Source of the DNA: Ginglymostoma cirratum
Taxonomy: Eukaryota
Length of the DNA: 64,000 nucleotides
NCBI GenBank assembly: GCA_024137785.1
Contig: JAHRHZ010000030.1
Location: 36,378,037 to 36,442,036 of the forward strand
Direction of reading: 5' to 3'
Under the pieces are notes generated by a model. That model was not told where the DNA came from, did not search any database, and saw nothing but the letters and a program-made list of their open reading frames with translations. Below are positions 25,555-37,860 of the stretch, in pieces. Every line of letters begins with the position of its first letter. The stretch's first letter is position 1. Both the position numbers and the translations under genes were made by a program.

Positions 25555-25695
25555 CTGCAAATATTTGTCAGGATCATCAATGTAAGCCATAATAATACCA
25601 AGGCTTTTAATGACTGCTTCTCGCACAAGATCTGCCTTATCCTCTGTCAACATCTGCTGCAGCATTGACAGCACCAATGAACTGCGAATCTCTTT
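25555..25695 (-). CDS. RELCH: RELCH exon KEIRSSLVLSMLQQMLTEDKADLVREAVIKSLGIIMAYIDDPDKYLQ
   Basis: 141 nt, ttccag acceptor, gtatag donor; HEAT-repeat region. Confidence 0.96.
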
Positions 25696-25784
25696 CTGGA
25701 AGGGGGAATCATCAATTTAGCACAGTAATCGCTATGTTGAGTCGGTCATTTTAAAACAGAAAAAGAGAGTTAAATGCTTCTTAC

Positions 25785-25856
25785 AGGCAAGTAGGGTGCA
25801 AGGGCTCCACAGGCTTCAGCCACCAGCAATCTTCGCTCTGGATATTTGTGATTGAT
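25785..25856 (-). CDS. RELCH: RELCH exon INHKYPERRLLVAEACGALAPYLP
   Basis: 72 nt, ctccag acceptor, gtaaga donor. Confidence 0.96.
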
Positions 25857-27109
25857 CTGGAGGAGGGGGGAAGATAACGCCAAGACATGAACAAAACGCT
25901 TGTTAATTTCCTTGTCTCTATGGTGAAAAACAGAACAGATTAAATCAACAATAGAAAGAAAGATAGATAACAGGAAAATGAAGGCAGTTCAATTCACAAG
26001 CATTTTCACCGATGCTGTAAGATTGTGTTACAAGTCGTACCCATGTGGAGGAAGTAGGAATAACCAACTAAAGCATTTATCTTGCTGCTTTTCTGATAAC
26101 CAGCTGACTTAATTCTTTAGCGCACTGACGCAGAATGAAATACCCAAGTTCAAATGTTGCCTTCTGCTGAAATCTGGATCCAAGCTTTGTCCAGATAAGG
26201 ACCTGACAACTCTGGTTGGATCATTTGCAAGAGAGCATGACAACCAATGAAAAGTTCAACCAACGGCTATGCAATGCCCCAACAAAGGCTAACAGCTATC
26301 ACAATAGAGATTTCCTAAAGGTAAAAGCTTGAAAGTAGCAAGATTGTTCTTGGTGCTGTTGGCTATTTTGATTGTTCATTACATGCAGACATTCAATATA
26401 TCCTTGCTGATTTTCTCATGAGCTCACTACGACTGAGAATTTCTCAAGACAAGGGGATGACAAAGCAGTCTGAGTGGCACTCCACCTATTATTAATAATT
26501 CATTATTGTCATCACAGCTGCAGTATGTACAATCTACATGATCAACTGCAGCAAATCATCAAGGTTACTTCAACAGCACTTCCCGTATATACAATCGGTA
26601 CCAACTCGATGGAAAAGAACGCAATCACTTCAAGCTATACACCACCTTAACTTGAAAGGAATCCGCCAAGCATGCTAAGAGATAGCAAAAGACCTTTCCT
26701 TTCTAATCTTGGGAAATGTGACACACACTCATGGACATGATTGGCCTCCTTCTATAGTGTAAAATTCAGTGTTCTATAAAGGAAAGGCAATGCAAAACAG
26801 GAAAGCTGTGAACCTCCAGGAATGTTCAGAGTGAGAGTGTGCTATGACACCCAGCATTTTGGGGATGCAGCCTGGTCCAATCATGAGCTAGGTTCGTGTT
26901 GTCCCAGAGCACAGTTTCCTTGCTGAAGCACGACAATGATAGTAGCCAATGCAGCGTGAGGTGCAGTATTAAAATGCAGAACTGTCCTGTAAGTGAACAG
27001 CAAATGTGCCATGTGGGTTCTCAGAGGCTAGAATATATTGGATATCAATGTCTACCGACACGCAGAGTTGGTAGCCAATGGCCGGGAAGTACTGAAATGT
27101 TGATACCCA

Positions 27110-28135
27110 TTATACAGTCAGAGTAATACAGCATGGAAATGGAACCTTTGGTCCAACCAGTCCATGCTGGCCATAATCCCAAACTAAACTAGTCCCATCT
27201 ACCTGCGCCTGGCCCATATCCCTCCATGTCCTATGCATTTACTTATCTAAATGCCTTTTAGATGTTGTAACTGTATCTGCATCCACCACTTCCTCTCAAA
27301 GTTCATTCCACATGTGAAGCACTGTGGAAAAACATTGCCTCTCATGTCTTTAAAATCTTTTTCCTCTCACCTTAAAATATGCCCCTGGTCTTGAAATCCC
27401 CCACCCTAGGAAAAAGACAGCTGTCATTCATCTTATCGGTACCCCTCATTATTTTATAAATCTCCTACACTCCAGTGAAGAAATTTCCAGCCTCAAACCC
27501 TCCATTCCTGACAACACTCCAGCAAATCTCTTCTGAACCCTCTCCAGCTTATTAATATCCTTTTTAAAACAGGGTGACCTGAACTGGACAGTACTCCTGA
27601 AGAGGCCTCACCAACATCCTGTACAACCTCAGTGTAACATCCCAACTCCTGTATTCAAAAGTCTGAGCAATGAAGGCACGCATGCTAAATGCCTTAACCA
27701 CCTTACCTATATGTGACGCAAACTTCAAAGAACTGTGTACCTGAACCCATGGGTCTCTCTGTTCAACAACACTGCCCAAGGCCCTACTTTTAATGGTATA
27801 AGTCTTGTCTTTGTTTGTTTTACCAAAATGGAATAGCTTGCATTTATCCAAATTAAACTCCATCTGCCAATCCTCAGCCCATTGAATCACTTGATCAAGA
27901 TCTCTTTGTAATCTTAGATAACCTTCTTCACTGTCCACTATACCACCAATCTTGGCGTCAACCGCAAATGTATTAACCATGCCTTCCAAAACATTTATAT
28001 AAATGAAAAACAAAGTGGAACCAGCACCAATCCCTGTGGAAAATTGCTGGTCACAGGTCTCCAGTCTGAAAAAACAATCCTGTTGTCCAACATGGGGTTG
28101 CTTGAATAAGTGATAGCTGAATTCGGCAAGTGTTT
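27110..28135 (-). mobile_element. CR1 LINE 3' fragment
   Basis: ORF 27564..28232 contains FAVDAKIGG (decayed FADD motif) and WQMEFNLDKC. Confidence 0.92.
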
Positions 28136-28142
28136 CATTGAA

Positions 28143-28297
28143 TAATAGAATCCCTACAGTGTGGAAACAGGCCCTTCGGCCCAACAAGTCCACATGGACT
28201 CTTGGAGCATCCCACCCAGACCCATCCCCCACAACCCACCTAAGCTACACATCCCTGAACACTACGGGCAATTTAGCATGGCCAATCCACCTAACCT
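28143..28297 (-). mobile_element. 3' part of an HE1-like SINE
   Basis: Same sequence family as 47525-47855 (agaatccctacagtgtg...ggcaatttagcatggccaatccacctaacctg). Confidence 0.75.
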
Positions 28298-29743
28298 GTT
28301 TGTGTGTCAAGTTTCTTGACGTCAATCTTGCTTGGAGAGTTTGGTAAAACGGAGCCAGAGTATTAATGAGGCATTAACAGAGCATTTAAACAATAATCAC
28401 CATCAACTGGCAGCTCGCTAGTGCCTTGTGAGAATTTCACCCTGTCACTTGTGAAAAGTGCTAAAGGTAGCGAGATGCTCCTGGTGTCAAGATTGGTCTT
28501 GTCACCTGATTCTGCCATGTATCTTGCCACAGCCCTGTAAATATTTCATTCTTTTGAAAGTGCCAGGGGTACAGCTGGTCAAATATTCTTCAACTGTGAC
28601 TCCAAAAGCAGCCTCTGAAAAGCATCAATTACATCAACCCAACGGGGGGATCTGCTGTGGCTGAGAAACACCTCTGTGGTCTCAGAAACTGTAAAACATT
28701 TATATTACTGAGGTAACCATGGTAATATACATTGCACTCTGCTGGCCTATGTAGGTGTCACATCATTAGGCTTTCTAATGAGGTTTTGTAACTAGTTCAT
28801 TGATGCTTCACTTGGGGGAAATCCAACTTCCCCATTGTCATCAATAAAATAACTTCACAATGAATAAAGGAAGTCCTGAGGAAATACTATGCTAAATCTA
28901 CATCAGGCTTCACCCTTCAGGACGTTTTTCATAACTGAAGGAAAAGTATCTTGAGCACTGGTGACAGAATAACCAATTACATTTGTAACAAACTTGGAAA
29001 ATGAATGCAAGGACTAAGATGGAGTTCATCAAACTGAACTAGCACGACTCCAGGCCTATGGTAACCCAAGGCATTGTTGTCAATTGCACAGGACACAAAC
29101 TTCAGGAGTATTTTTTTAAGAAAAGCAAAATGAATAAACAGAAATTCTCAATAGTGGTATATGAAAGTTAGGGATTTCACAAGAGAACCTAATATATCCA
29201 AAACTCTAATGCAGGAGAGACAAATAAAATGAGATATTTACAATGGCAGAAAGGGAGCCGAAGATGCAAACGTCTTCAGATGGCAGAGTTAATGGGTGAT
29301 TTTCCACAATAGTGTCAAAATCCATGGATGTGTTAAAATGGGTTTTATAAAAAATCTGGTTCCCCGAGTTCCCCAAATATTTGAGAGGGCCATGTTCCAT
29401 AAATTCCTTATGCAACATTAACCACAACATCTCTATTTTCCCCTGGCATTTACATGGCCAAGATTCAAATGCTTGATTCAGTTGGATTGGCTCAGATTGT
29501 TCTGCAATGACAACCTGCTGAGCAGCAATTATCAAACATCTTAATGCTCCAGGTTTTATATTCGCATGGGTACCAAATCATTTCTCCAACTAGATTCTTT
29601 AAATAAAGATACACAGTCTTCACCAAGTCACTTCCATTACTTTAAAGCTCAAGTTATAAAAAATTAATCAGCAAATGAGAAGGTAATTATTGAATCTGGT
29701 GGCTATGTTTTTTTTTTAAAAACAGGTTAGATGTTGCACTTAC

Positions 29744-29834
29744 CTGCTCCCAGCACTGTGGTAAAAGTTCAGCCTCAACACGGGTAGGTCCAACATGCCG
29801 AGCAAATGCTACACAGCCTGTTAAAATCATCTGT
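29744..29834 (-). CDS. RELCH: RELCH exon (R)QMILTGCVAFARHVGPTRVEAELLPQCWEQ
   Basis: 91 nt, atccag acceptor, gtaagt donor. Confidence 0.96.
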
Positions 29835-30469
29835 CTGGATCGAACAGGAAAATTCTAGATTATTGACAGAGAGACTATGCATCCTAAAAAAAAAAAAACA
29901 CTCAGCACATTTGATGAAACCAGTTCAGATCCTTTTCCATTTTGTTAGCCAGTCCACTATCTCACAAATAAGGGTTCCCCAAAACGTTGAGTCGAATGCA
30001 AAATGTTTTCTTAAGAGTTGAGAAATGGTTAATGGTTTATCCAATGAACAAAAGGGAGACATCAAAAACTGTGGTTTACCACTGGCTTTAGTTTCCACGT
30101 AAGCTTCATTATAGATGGAATATTTTCTTCAAAGTGTTTCCACCGAAACTACTCTTCATTCTTCATGACTATAATTGATTAAACTCAATGCAAATTATTT
30201 TTTATCTGGTTTAGAATATTTATTTAGCTGGTACCCTACTGTGGGATCATATCTGTTGGTTTACTCCTTTCAGTTAAGAAAAGCTGAACTTCTTTTTGAG
30301 GATGAAGAAGTTTGAAGGTTTATATTTTACAAGAAGAGGTGGCCAAGCGCGGGGAATAATTGCTGTAAATGGGTTAGAGAACGGAGTGGTGGAAGAGTGT
30401 TCGAGGGTGTGCTGTGAGGAGAATGCAGAGTGTTGCAGTGTTATTTGGACAGGCTGACCAAGGAGCCAG

Positions 30470-31252
30470 ATGCCTGATAGATACAGTATAAAGGTAGGTA
30501 AATGTCAGGTTATCTACTTTAGCAGCAAAAATAGGAAGGCAGATTATTATTTGAATGGTTGTAATTGAGAAAGGGGAATGTTCAACGAGAGTTGGGTGTC
30601 CTTGCGCACGAATCACTGAAAGCAAACGTGCAGGAGCAGCAGGCAGTAAAAAGGCAAACAGTTTGCTGGCCTTCAAAGTAAGAGGATTTGAGTACAGGAA
30701 CAAAGATGTCTTGCTGCAATTAAACAGGGCATCAGTGAGGCTGCACCAGGAATGGCGTGTATAGTCTTGGTCTCCTTATCTGAGGAAGGATGTTCTTATG
30801 AACGAGGGAGTGCAGCAAAGGTTTACCAAATTTAATTCTTGGATGGCAGGATGGACGTATTAGGGGAGATGGAATCAGTTAGGATTGTTATTCACCGGAG
30901 TTTAGGAGAATGAGGGGGAACCTCATAGAAGGGTATAACATTCAAACAGAACTAGACAGGTTAGATGCAGGAAGGATATCCTCAATGTTGGGGATAGTCC
31001 AGAACCAGGGACCGTAGTTAGAAATTTCTTCACCCAGAGTGGTGATCCTGTGGAATTCACTACCACAGAAAGTGGTAGAGGCCAAAATATTGTGTTTTGG
31101 TATAGCTCTTGTGGCTAAATGGATCAAGGGATATGGGAGGAAGGCTGGATTAGAGTATTGAGCTCCAGGATCAGTCATGACCATATTCAATGGCGAAGCA
31201 GGCTTGAGGGGTCGTATGGCCTACTCCTGCTCTTATCTTCTATATTTCTATT
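30470..31252 (+). mobile_element. CR1 LINE 3' fragment
   Basis: ORF remnant RGFEYRNKDVLLQLNRASVRLH; typical 3' tail. Confidence 0.88.
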
Positions 31253-31443
31253 TAAGCATTTAATAAAAATACTGCACTTTTCAATTAAAGCAGTGCCTAA
31301 AGAACCTCCTAAAAAAGGTTATTCTGTTAGTCAACAATGCTGATCAACAGCTATGCATTGAGACAACAGTATATGCATGCCAAGGAAATGTGGTGACTGT
31401 TGTTCAGGAGTGAGATTATTAGATACACAGCAACTGCTCTTAC

Positions 31444-31556
31444 CTCTGTTCATCATCTGGACGTTTAATTAGGTTGAACAGAATATGTAGAAGCTGATCC
31501 CTCTCCTTGGGTTCAGGGTGGAGGCAAGCTGTACACAGGATTAGAGGAATTAGCTC
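31444..31556 (-). CDS. RELCH: RELCH exon ELIPLILCTACLHPEPKERDQLLHILFNLIKRPDDEQ(R)
   Basis: 113 nt, acttag acceptor, gtaaga donor. Confidence 0.96.
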
Positions 31557-32424
31557 CTAAGTCAGGGAGGGAAAAGAAACAGATAAATAACATGCAATAT
31601 AGTATTTGCATACAGCTGGTTTATTTTCATCTACAAAAAATATCTTTGACATTTCATCATTCAACAGGTTGTCCAGGTCCAGTGTTCTAAGTTTCATGAT
31701 CATCAGCAAAACACCAGTAGTCCTCATTCTGAAGCACGACTTTTTTTTTTGGGGGGCGGGGGGGAGAAGGGGAGTCACCAAAGTCCTACTGCTGATTTCA
31801 CTCTCCTGATCCTTTTAACAGTGCCAATGAAGCAGTGATAATCAATGAGTTACTGGGTGACTAATCTTTTTGCTTGCTGAATTTTCAGTAAATCTTCTGA
31901 TGCTGAACTTGCTAGCTTCTCTTTGCAGTGCACTCTTTCTTACATTATAACTGTGACCAGACTTCAAAGTACTCAACTGGCTGCAAAACAATGACAGACG
32001 CTCCGAGGCACTGCAAGGCATGACAAACAGATTCGTTTTCTTGTTGTTTTGCACTGAGCTTTCCCAAGTTGTGGAACCAATTGTTATCCTTCCAGTGATT
32101 TATTGCATGACAAAAGTTATTTTATTTCGCTACTTTCCACACCCCTGGATTTCTGTTGCTGAATATTTCGTAAAACATCCAAATTTCTTTCAATGCCAAT
32201 GCTGCTTCAGAAACTCAAGTTTCCTCTTTTGTGCAAAATGTTTCCTTCCAAACAACAATTCAATTTCCTAAAGGGGCTGAGGTCCATTCAGGTTAAATAC
32301 AGCCAACAGTACTGAGGAAATTTATTGCACCATTCTTGTGCCCTTGGTCAAGAATCAAGAACATTTTTTTTGTCTGTTAGAAGACTCCGTTCCCCTTTCA
32401 TTGTAAACTTCTCACCTTTCTCCC

Positions 32425-33570
32425 TTGATGGCCAGTTCCCCCATGGGATAAAGGGCTATCCTATAATGAATAGTCACTGGGAGATTAGAAGAATAAAAGA
32501 GGCAATCTCATTGACAAATACTGAATTCTGAAGGGACTTTATTACGCAGGCTCGGTGATTTTTAGATTCCCAGGAGCAACACTCAGTCTCAGGCTAAGGG
32601 GCCAATTATTTAGGATTAAAATGAGGAGAAATTATTTCACATAAAGGCTGTGAATCCTCAGAATTCTCTAACACAAAGGATTGTGGATGCTCCACTGTTG
32701 AATACATTGAAGGCCAAAGAGAGACAGGTTCTTGGTCTTCCAGGGATTTTAAGGAAACAGGGAACAGATGGGAAAGTGGAAATCAGCCAGGATTGTACTG
32801 AATTGCAGAATAGCTCGATGGGCTGAATGATCTATGCCAGTTCTTATTTCTCATGTTTTTGTCAACTTCCTTAGTGTCCCTTTTAATCTTCAAATACCAT
32901 AAGTGACATACTTTTCTAATTGGTAGGAACTTAAGTAGCTGGAGCAGGATTAAGCCATATGCCCTTCAACAAGGTCACTGCTGGTCTTCTACTATGACTC
33001 CACTTTCTTGTTCTGTCCTCATATCTCTCAATTCCTTTTTACGCTCCCCCCCCCAAAAAAATCTAGACCTTTGTCTCAAAGATGCTCAAGGACTGACCAT
33101 TCCAAGCTCTCCAGGATACAGAATTCCAAACGTTTTTGACCTTTTGAGCGAATACACTTCTCTATTTCAGTAGTACATGGTGGACTCTTTTCTTTTTGGG
33201 AGGAAAAGTAGAAAATGCTGGAAATACTCAGCCAAATGTATGGAAAGAATCAGAATAAGTATCTACTGGAACCTCATTTGGAGACTGTGACCCCAAGTTT
33301 GAATTTTCCCAGTCAGGGAAAACCTTTCCTCAGCCTATATCCCGTCCAGCCAACTCAGAATTTTATATATTTCAATTAGGTCATTGCTCATTCTTCTCAA
33401 CTCCAGGGAATACAGGCCTAGGTTGCTCAATCTTTCGTCTTCAGATAATCCTTTCGTCTGGAAATCAGTCTCTTTGTTGCACCTCCTCTCAGGACCAAAC
33501 CAACACATGCTACTCCAGGTGTGGTCTCATTGAAGCACTGTTTAACTGTAGTAAGACTTCTATACTTCGA
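32425..33570. mobile_element. Two convergent CR1 3' fragments (+ near 32425-32865, - near 32930-33570)
   Basis: CR1 RT C-terminal and 3' UTR motifs on opposite strands. Confidence 0.7.
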
Positions 33571-34135
33571 TGAGGGAAGATATCAAGCCAGAAAAGGTCC
33601 AAAGAGAGTTCTAGAATTTGGGCATGATAGCTGAAGAGTATGCTGGAGAAAATTGAAGCGGGGAAGGCTCTACCAGTGATTAATATCACACATGCTAAGT
33701 AACACACTAAGATATCATAACCAGGGGTCAGTTTAAGGCAGCTATGTGGGTTCATGCTCAATAATGTCTAAGAGATGCATTGAACAAACCGGTTGTTAAA
33801 AATAAAGTTCACGTAGACAGCCTTTGAATGTAGTTTAAAAAAAAATCAAAGTTGTACACTTAAGTCTCTGGTTTTAGCTACCGCATTACACACACAGTTT
33901 TATACACAACTCATGTTATAGCACATGCCCAGTGGAGTTAATGCTGAATCCTCAAGCAAAATGAAAAACCCAAAAACAGCCCGTTATAAAGCAGCTCAAG
34001 TGCAGGCCTCGAGGAAAAAAGACAACAGTTAACTAGATGCTAGATACCTGTGGACACAGCCTACCTTACTCCATTTTTTCATGTCTTTAATTCTTCTCAC
34101 TAATCCCTTGCTGAGACATTGGGAAGAACATTGGA

Positions 34136-34137
<2 letters not shown>

Positions 34138-34178
<41 letters not shown>

Positions 34179-34278
34179 NNNNNNNNNNNNNNNNNNNNNN
34201 NNNNNNNNNNNNNNNNNNNNNNNNNNNNNNNNNNNNNNNNNNNNNNNNNNNNNNNNNNNNNNNNNNNNNNNNNNNNNN
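34138..34278. other. 41-nt poly(A) run followed by a 100-N assembly gap (34179-34278)
   Basis: Seen directly in the sequence. Confidence 0.99.
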
Positions 34279-34804
34279 AAAATCGGTGGGGACCATTCAT
34301 CCACCAGAGTGTGCCTGCCATTCCAGATCAGGCCTGATCTGCAATTAAAACTCTTAACTATCTTGTTACTGCAAACTCAAGGACAACTAGGGATGGGCAA
34401 TAAATGCTGGTGTGGCCAGCGATACCTACATCACATGCATTAAAGTAAAACATCACAGCCTGACAATTCTCGCCAGCTCTGAAATTCTCAATTGACTCCT
34501 CGAATCACAACTTTTTCGGGCAGCATAGGTGGAGGCAGTGGGGTTAGTGTGAAGAAGAGAAAGAGAGATTTCCACAACACTTTATTTCAAGAATCGCTTC
34601 CCAATGTTGCCCAAGTGGCCTAACTCTAATATTTCTTCTTCTTCTTCTGGACTCTCCTACTGGGGGAAACGGTTTCTCTCGATCCAAACAAATCTTCTCA
34701 AATGCTAAATACTTCAAATAGATTACCGTTCAATCTTCTAAATGCTAGGGTACATATGACTAGACTACACATATTAGCCTCATAACTGAACTCATTTCAC
34801 CCGG

Positions 34805-35262
34805 ATAAAAGATTTACAAGGGATGTTGGAGGGTTTGAGCTGTAGCGAGACACTGAATAGGCTGGGACTATTTTCCCTGGAGTGTCAGAGACAGAGGAGT
34901 GACCTTATAGAGGTTTATAAAATCATGGAGGGGCATGGATAGGGTGAATAGCCAAGGTCTTTATCCCAGGGTAGGGGAGTTGAAAACTAGACAGCACAGG
35001 TTTAGGTGAGAGGGGAAAGATTTAAAAGAGACATAAGGGGCAACTTTTTCATGCAGAGTGGTGCATGTATGGAATCAGCTGCCAGAGGAAGTGGTGGAGG
35101 CTGGTACAATTACAACATTTAAGACATCTAGTTGGGTATATTAATAGGAAGGGTTTAACAGGGATATGCGCAAAATGCTAGCAATTGGGACTAGATCAGT
35201 TTAGGATCGCTGGTTGGCATGGAAGGGTTGGACCAAAGGGTCTGTTTTCACGCTATACAACT
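34805..35262 (+). mobile_element. CR1 LINE 3' fragment
   Basis: Closely similar to 36385-36850. Confidence 0.88.
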
Positions 35263-36069
35263 GGAATATTCTGGTGAATCTGTGTACCACGGTCAATAAA
35301 GCCCCTCTCAGACAGAATGCCCAGAACTTGAATGCCTTGTTCTAATTGTGGTTTTATCAGAGATTTATACAAACTTAAGTTCCATTCCTTTAGATACTAG
35401 CACCCAAGATAAAGGCCGACATTCCATTAAGCCTTTACAGTGTATTTTGTACCTATCAACATCAGCCTTTCACTGAACCCAAAATATTCATATCAGGTTG
35501 ATCAGCCTAAATGGTGGAACCTTAGGTGACAGCAACAATCATTAATATACAGAAGTCAAAATAAATTTGGTAAAATTGCCCATTCCAACTTTTATTAAAA
35601 CAACAAGATCAGCAAATGCTAATTCAGGATAGACTGATAAAAAGCCTTCTAATTTACATAAGAAGAATTCCAACTCAAGCTCAACTCAACTGTTTTTAAT
35701 GCGCACTGTAGCTTCAATATACAAGATCTGGCAATGATTCAACCAGCTCATCAAATTTGATCAGCTCTTCCATTAAAGAAAGCCACTAGTCCATCAATCT
35801 GCCACAAGTTGCAGAGGTGTCTCTGTTTTATCCAAACGTAACGTAATAGACATTATTCTTCATTTCTTCCACGAACAGTCACAAAAGACTGGGGATTTTT
35901 AAGCTATCATTTGCCTAACTATCAAGTACTTGTGCTTGGGAGAGGAGAGGAGAGGAGAGGAGTTACAGGGTATCCACTGTAAATTTGAGAGCACAAGATG
36001 GAAAGTTGCGCTTCACTCCTCTTCTTTTTACAATTGTAAGTACAAACTGCAATTTCACTAAAATACAAG

Positions 36070-36852
36070 ACAACCTTGGGAAGGCAAATGAGGGCAGGAT
36101 TTATCCACTTAATGGTGGAGTCCTGGGGAGTATTGTCAAACAAAGAGACCTTGGAGTGCGGGTTCATAGCTGCTTGAAAGTAGAATTGCAGGTAAACAGG
36201 ACAGTAAAGGTGGTGTTTGGTACACTTTCCTTTCTCAGGCAGTGCATTGAGTATAGGAGTTGGGAAGTCACGTTGTGGCTGTTCAGGACAATGCTTACGC
36301 CTCTTTTGGAACACTACATTCAATTCTGGTCTCCATGCTATAGGAAAGATATTGTTAAACGTGAAAGGGCGCAGAAGAGATTGACAAGGATGTTGCTTGG
36401 GTTGGTGGGGTTGAGCTATAGGGAGAGGCTGAATAGGCTGGGGCTATTTTCCCTGAGTGTTGGAGGCTGACGGGGTGCCCTTATGGAGGTTTATAAAAAT
36501 CATAGGGGCCACGGACAGGGTGAATAGCCAAGGTCTTTTTCCCAGGGTAGGAGAGTCCAAAACTAGAGGGCTTAGGTGTAAGGTAAGAGGGAAAAAATAT
36601 AAAAGAGACCAAAGGCCAACTTTTTCATGCAGAGACCGGTGCACGTATGGAATGAGCTGCCAGACGAAGTGGAGGAGATTGGTACAATTACAACATTTAC
36701 AAAGGCAACTGGACGGGTACATGAATAGGAAGGGTTTAACAGGGATATGGGCCAAATGCTGGCAAATGGGACTAGACTAGTTTAGGATATTTGGTCGGCA
36801 TGGACAAGTTGGACCTAAGGGTCTGTTTCCATGCTGTACGACTGCATGACTC
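36070..36852 (+). mobile_element. CR1 LINE 3' fragment
   Basis: ORF 35985..36470: QRDLGVRVH...PLLEHYIQFWSPCYRKD...LSYRERLNRLGLFSL. Confidence 0.92.
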
Positions 36853-37235
36853 CTCTAACTTAGAACAATCTCAAGTTCCACCCACATATTTTCAAAGATG
36901 GTACAGGGAGTCCACGTTTAACATTGTCTGTTTCAGTGCAAGTTTCATTTCACTTCAGGCTATCAGGACTAGAAATCTCATTGACCTTCTCAGGATTTGT
37001 CTTAATGCTGTTTACTGCAGTACTTTACCTGACCTAATTGGTGTGACCCCTTCCTGTTTCAGACTAGAGGCTACCAGTGATCTCTCCCTGTTGCACGCTG
37101 CTGCAGACCACCCACGTTGCAGCCACTGCTCTCTCCCCCTCACCTGACCAGGTTACCCAAATCTGTCTGGACACGATGGAGTCACTCCTCCTGGCCACAT
37201 CAGAGTTCGGCATCACATCAAATCACTGAGGCAGC

Positions 37236-37860
37236 TGTTATGGACCAGACCCTCCCAAAATGTTTTAAGAAGGTAGCCTAGATCTAACGTTTTCTTATTC
37301 CAAAGGCAAATGTGAAGTGTCTGTCCCAGATGCAATGCGGTGCGACTGGGCAAACTACTTGACATGAAGCAAAATACAATTTGTTTGAACACTGTAGTTA
37401 AAACACAACCAAAGAATGAAGCATTTACAATAACTTAACTCTACTGGAAAATTTAACAAAATAACATAGTAATTTATGACTAATTAACTGTTCCGAAATA
37501 GTAACATCCCATAAACACACCCCTTGGCTAAAAAATGGAAAATTCAGACACATTCTCCCATGCAAATCGCCAATCCAGTAGGAAAACATCAAGACAAAAC
37601 TCAGAGAAAGTAGCAGCCAGGACACATTCACTGAAGCTTCCAACTCTTGAGACCTCAACAGTTTCTGCTAAAAGCTAAGCCAAAAATCCTAGAAATCCTG
37701 ATCGGCGAGAGCCACACCAATTCAGGCTGTTTCCAAAAAAAAACCCAAGGCCTGTTTACACGACTGATCTTCAGTCGCCAGGTCGCACTTCTCGTTCAAA
37801 TCGCTCTCTTAAAAGAAATCAGGACAAAATAACCTCTTAAAGCTACAGCATCGTCTCACA
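37236..37860. mobile_element. Solo LTR, 625 bp
   Basis: TGTTA...TCACA termini flanked by the 5-bp direct repeat GCAGC (37231-37235 and 37861-37865). Confidence 0.75.

Noticed and set aside
27564-28232. Longest ORF (222 aa) as a host gene
   Set aside because: It is a chimera of SINE sequence and decayed CR1 RT with a mutated FADD motif.
34029-34443. Poly-K, poly-F and X-containing ORFs
   Set aside because: Artefacts of the poly(A) run and the N gap.
35985-36780. 161-aa and 107-aa ORFs
   Set aside because: Frameshifted CR1 RT C-terminus.
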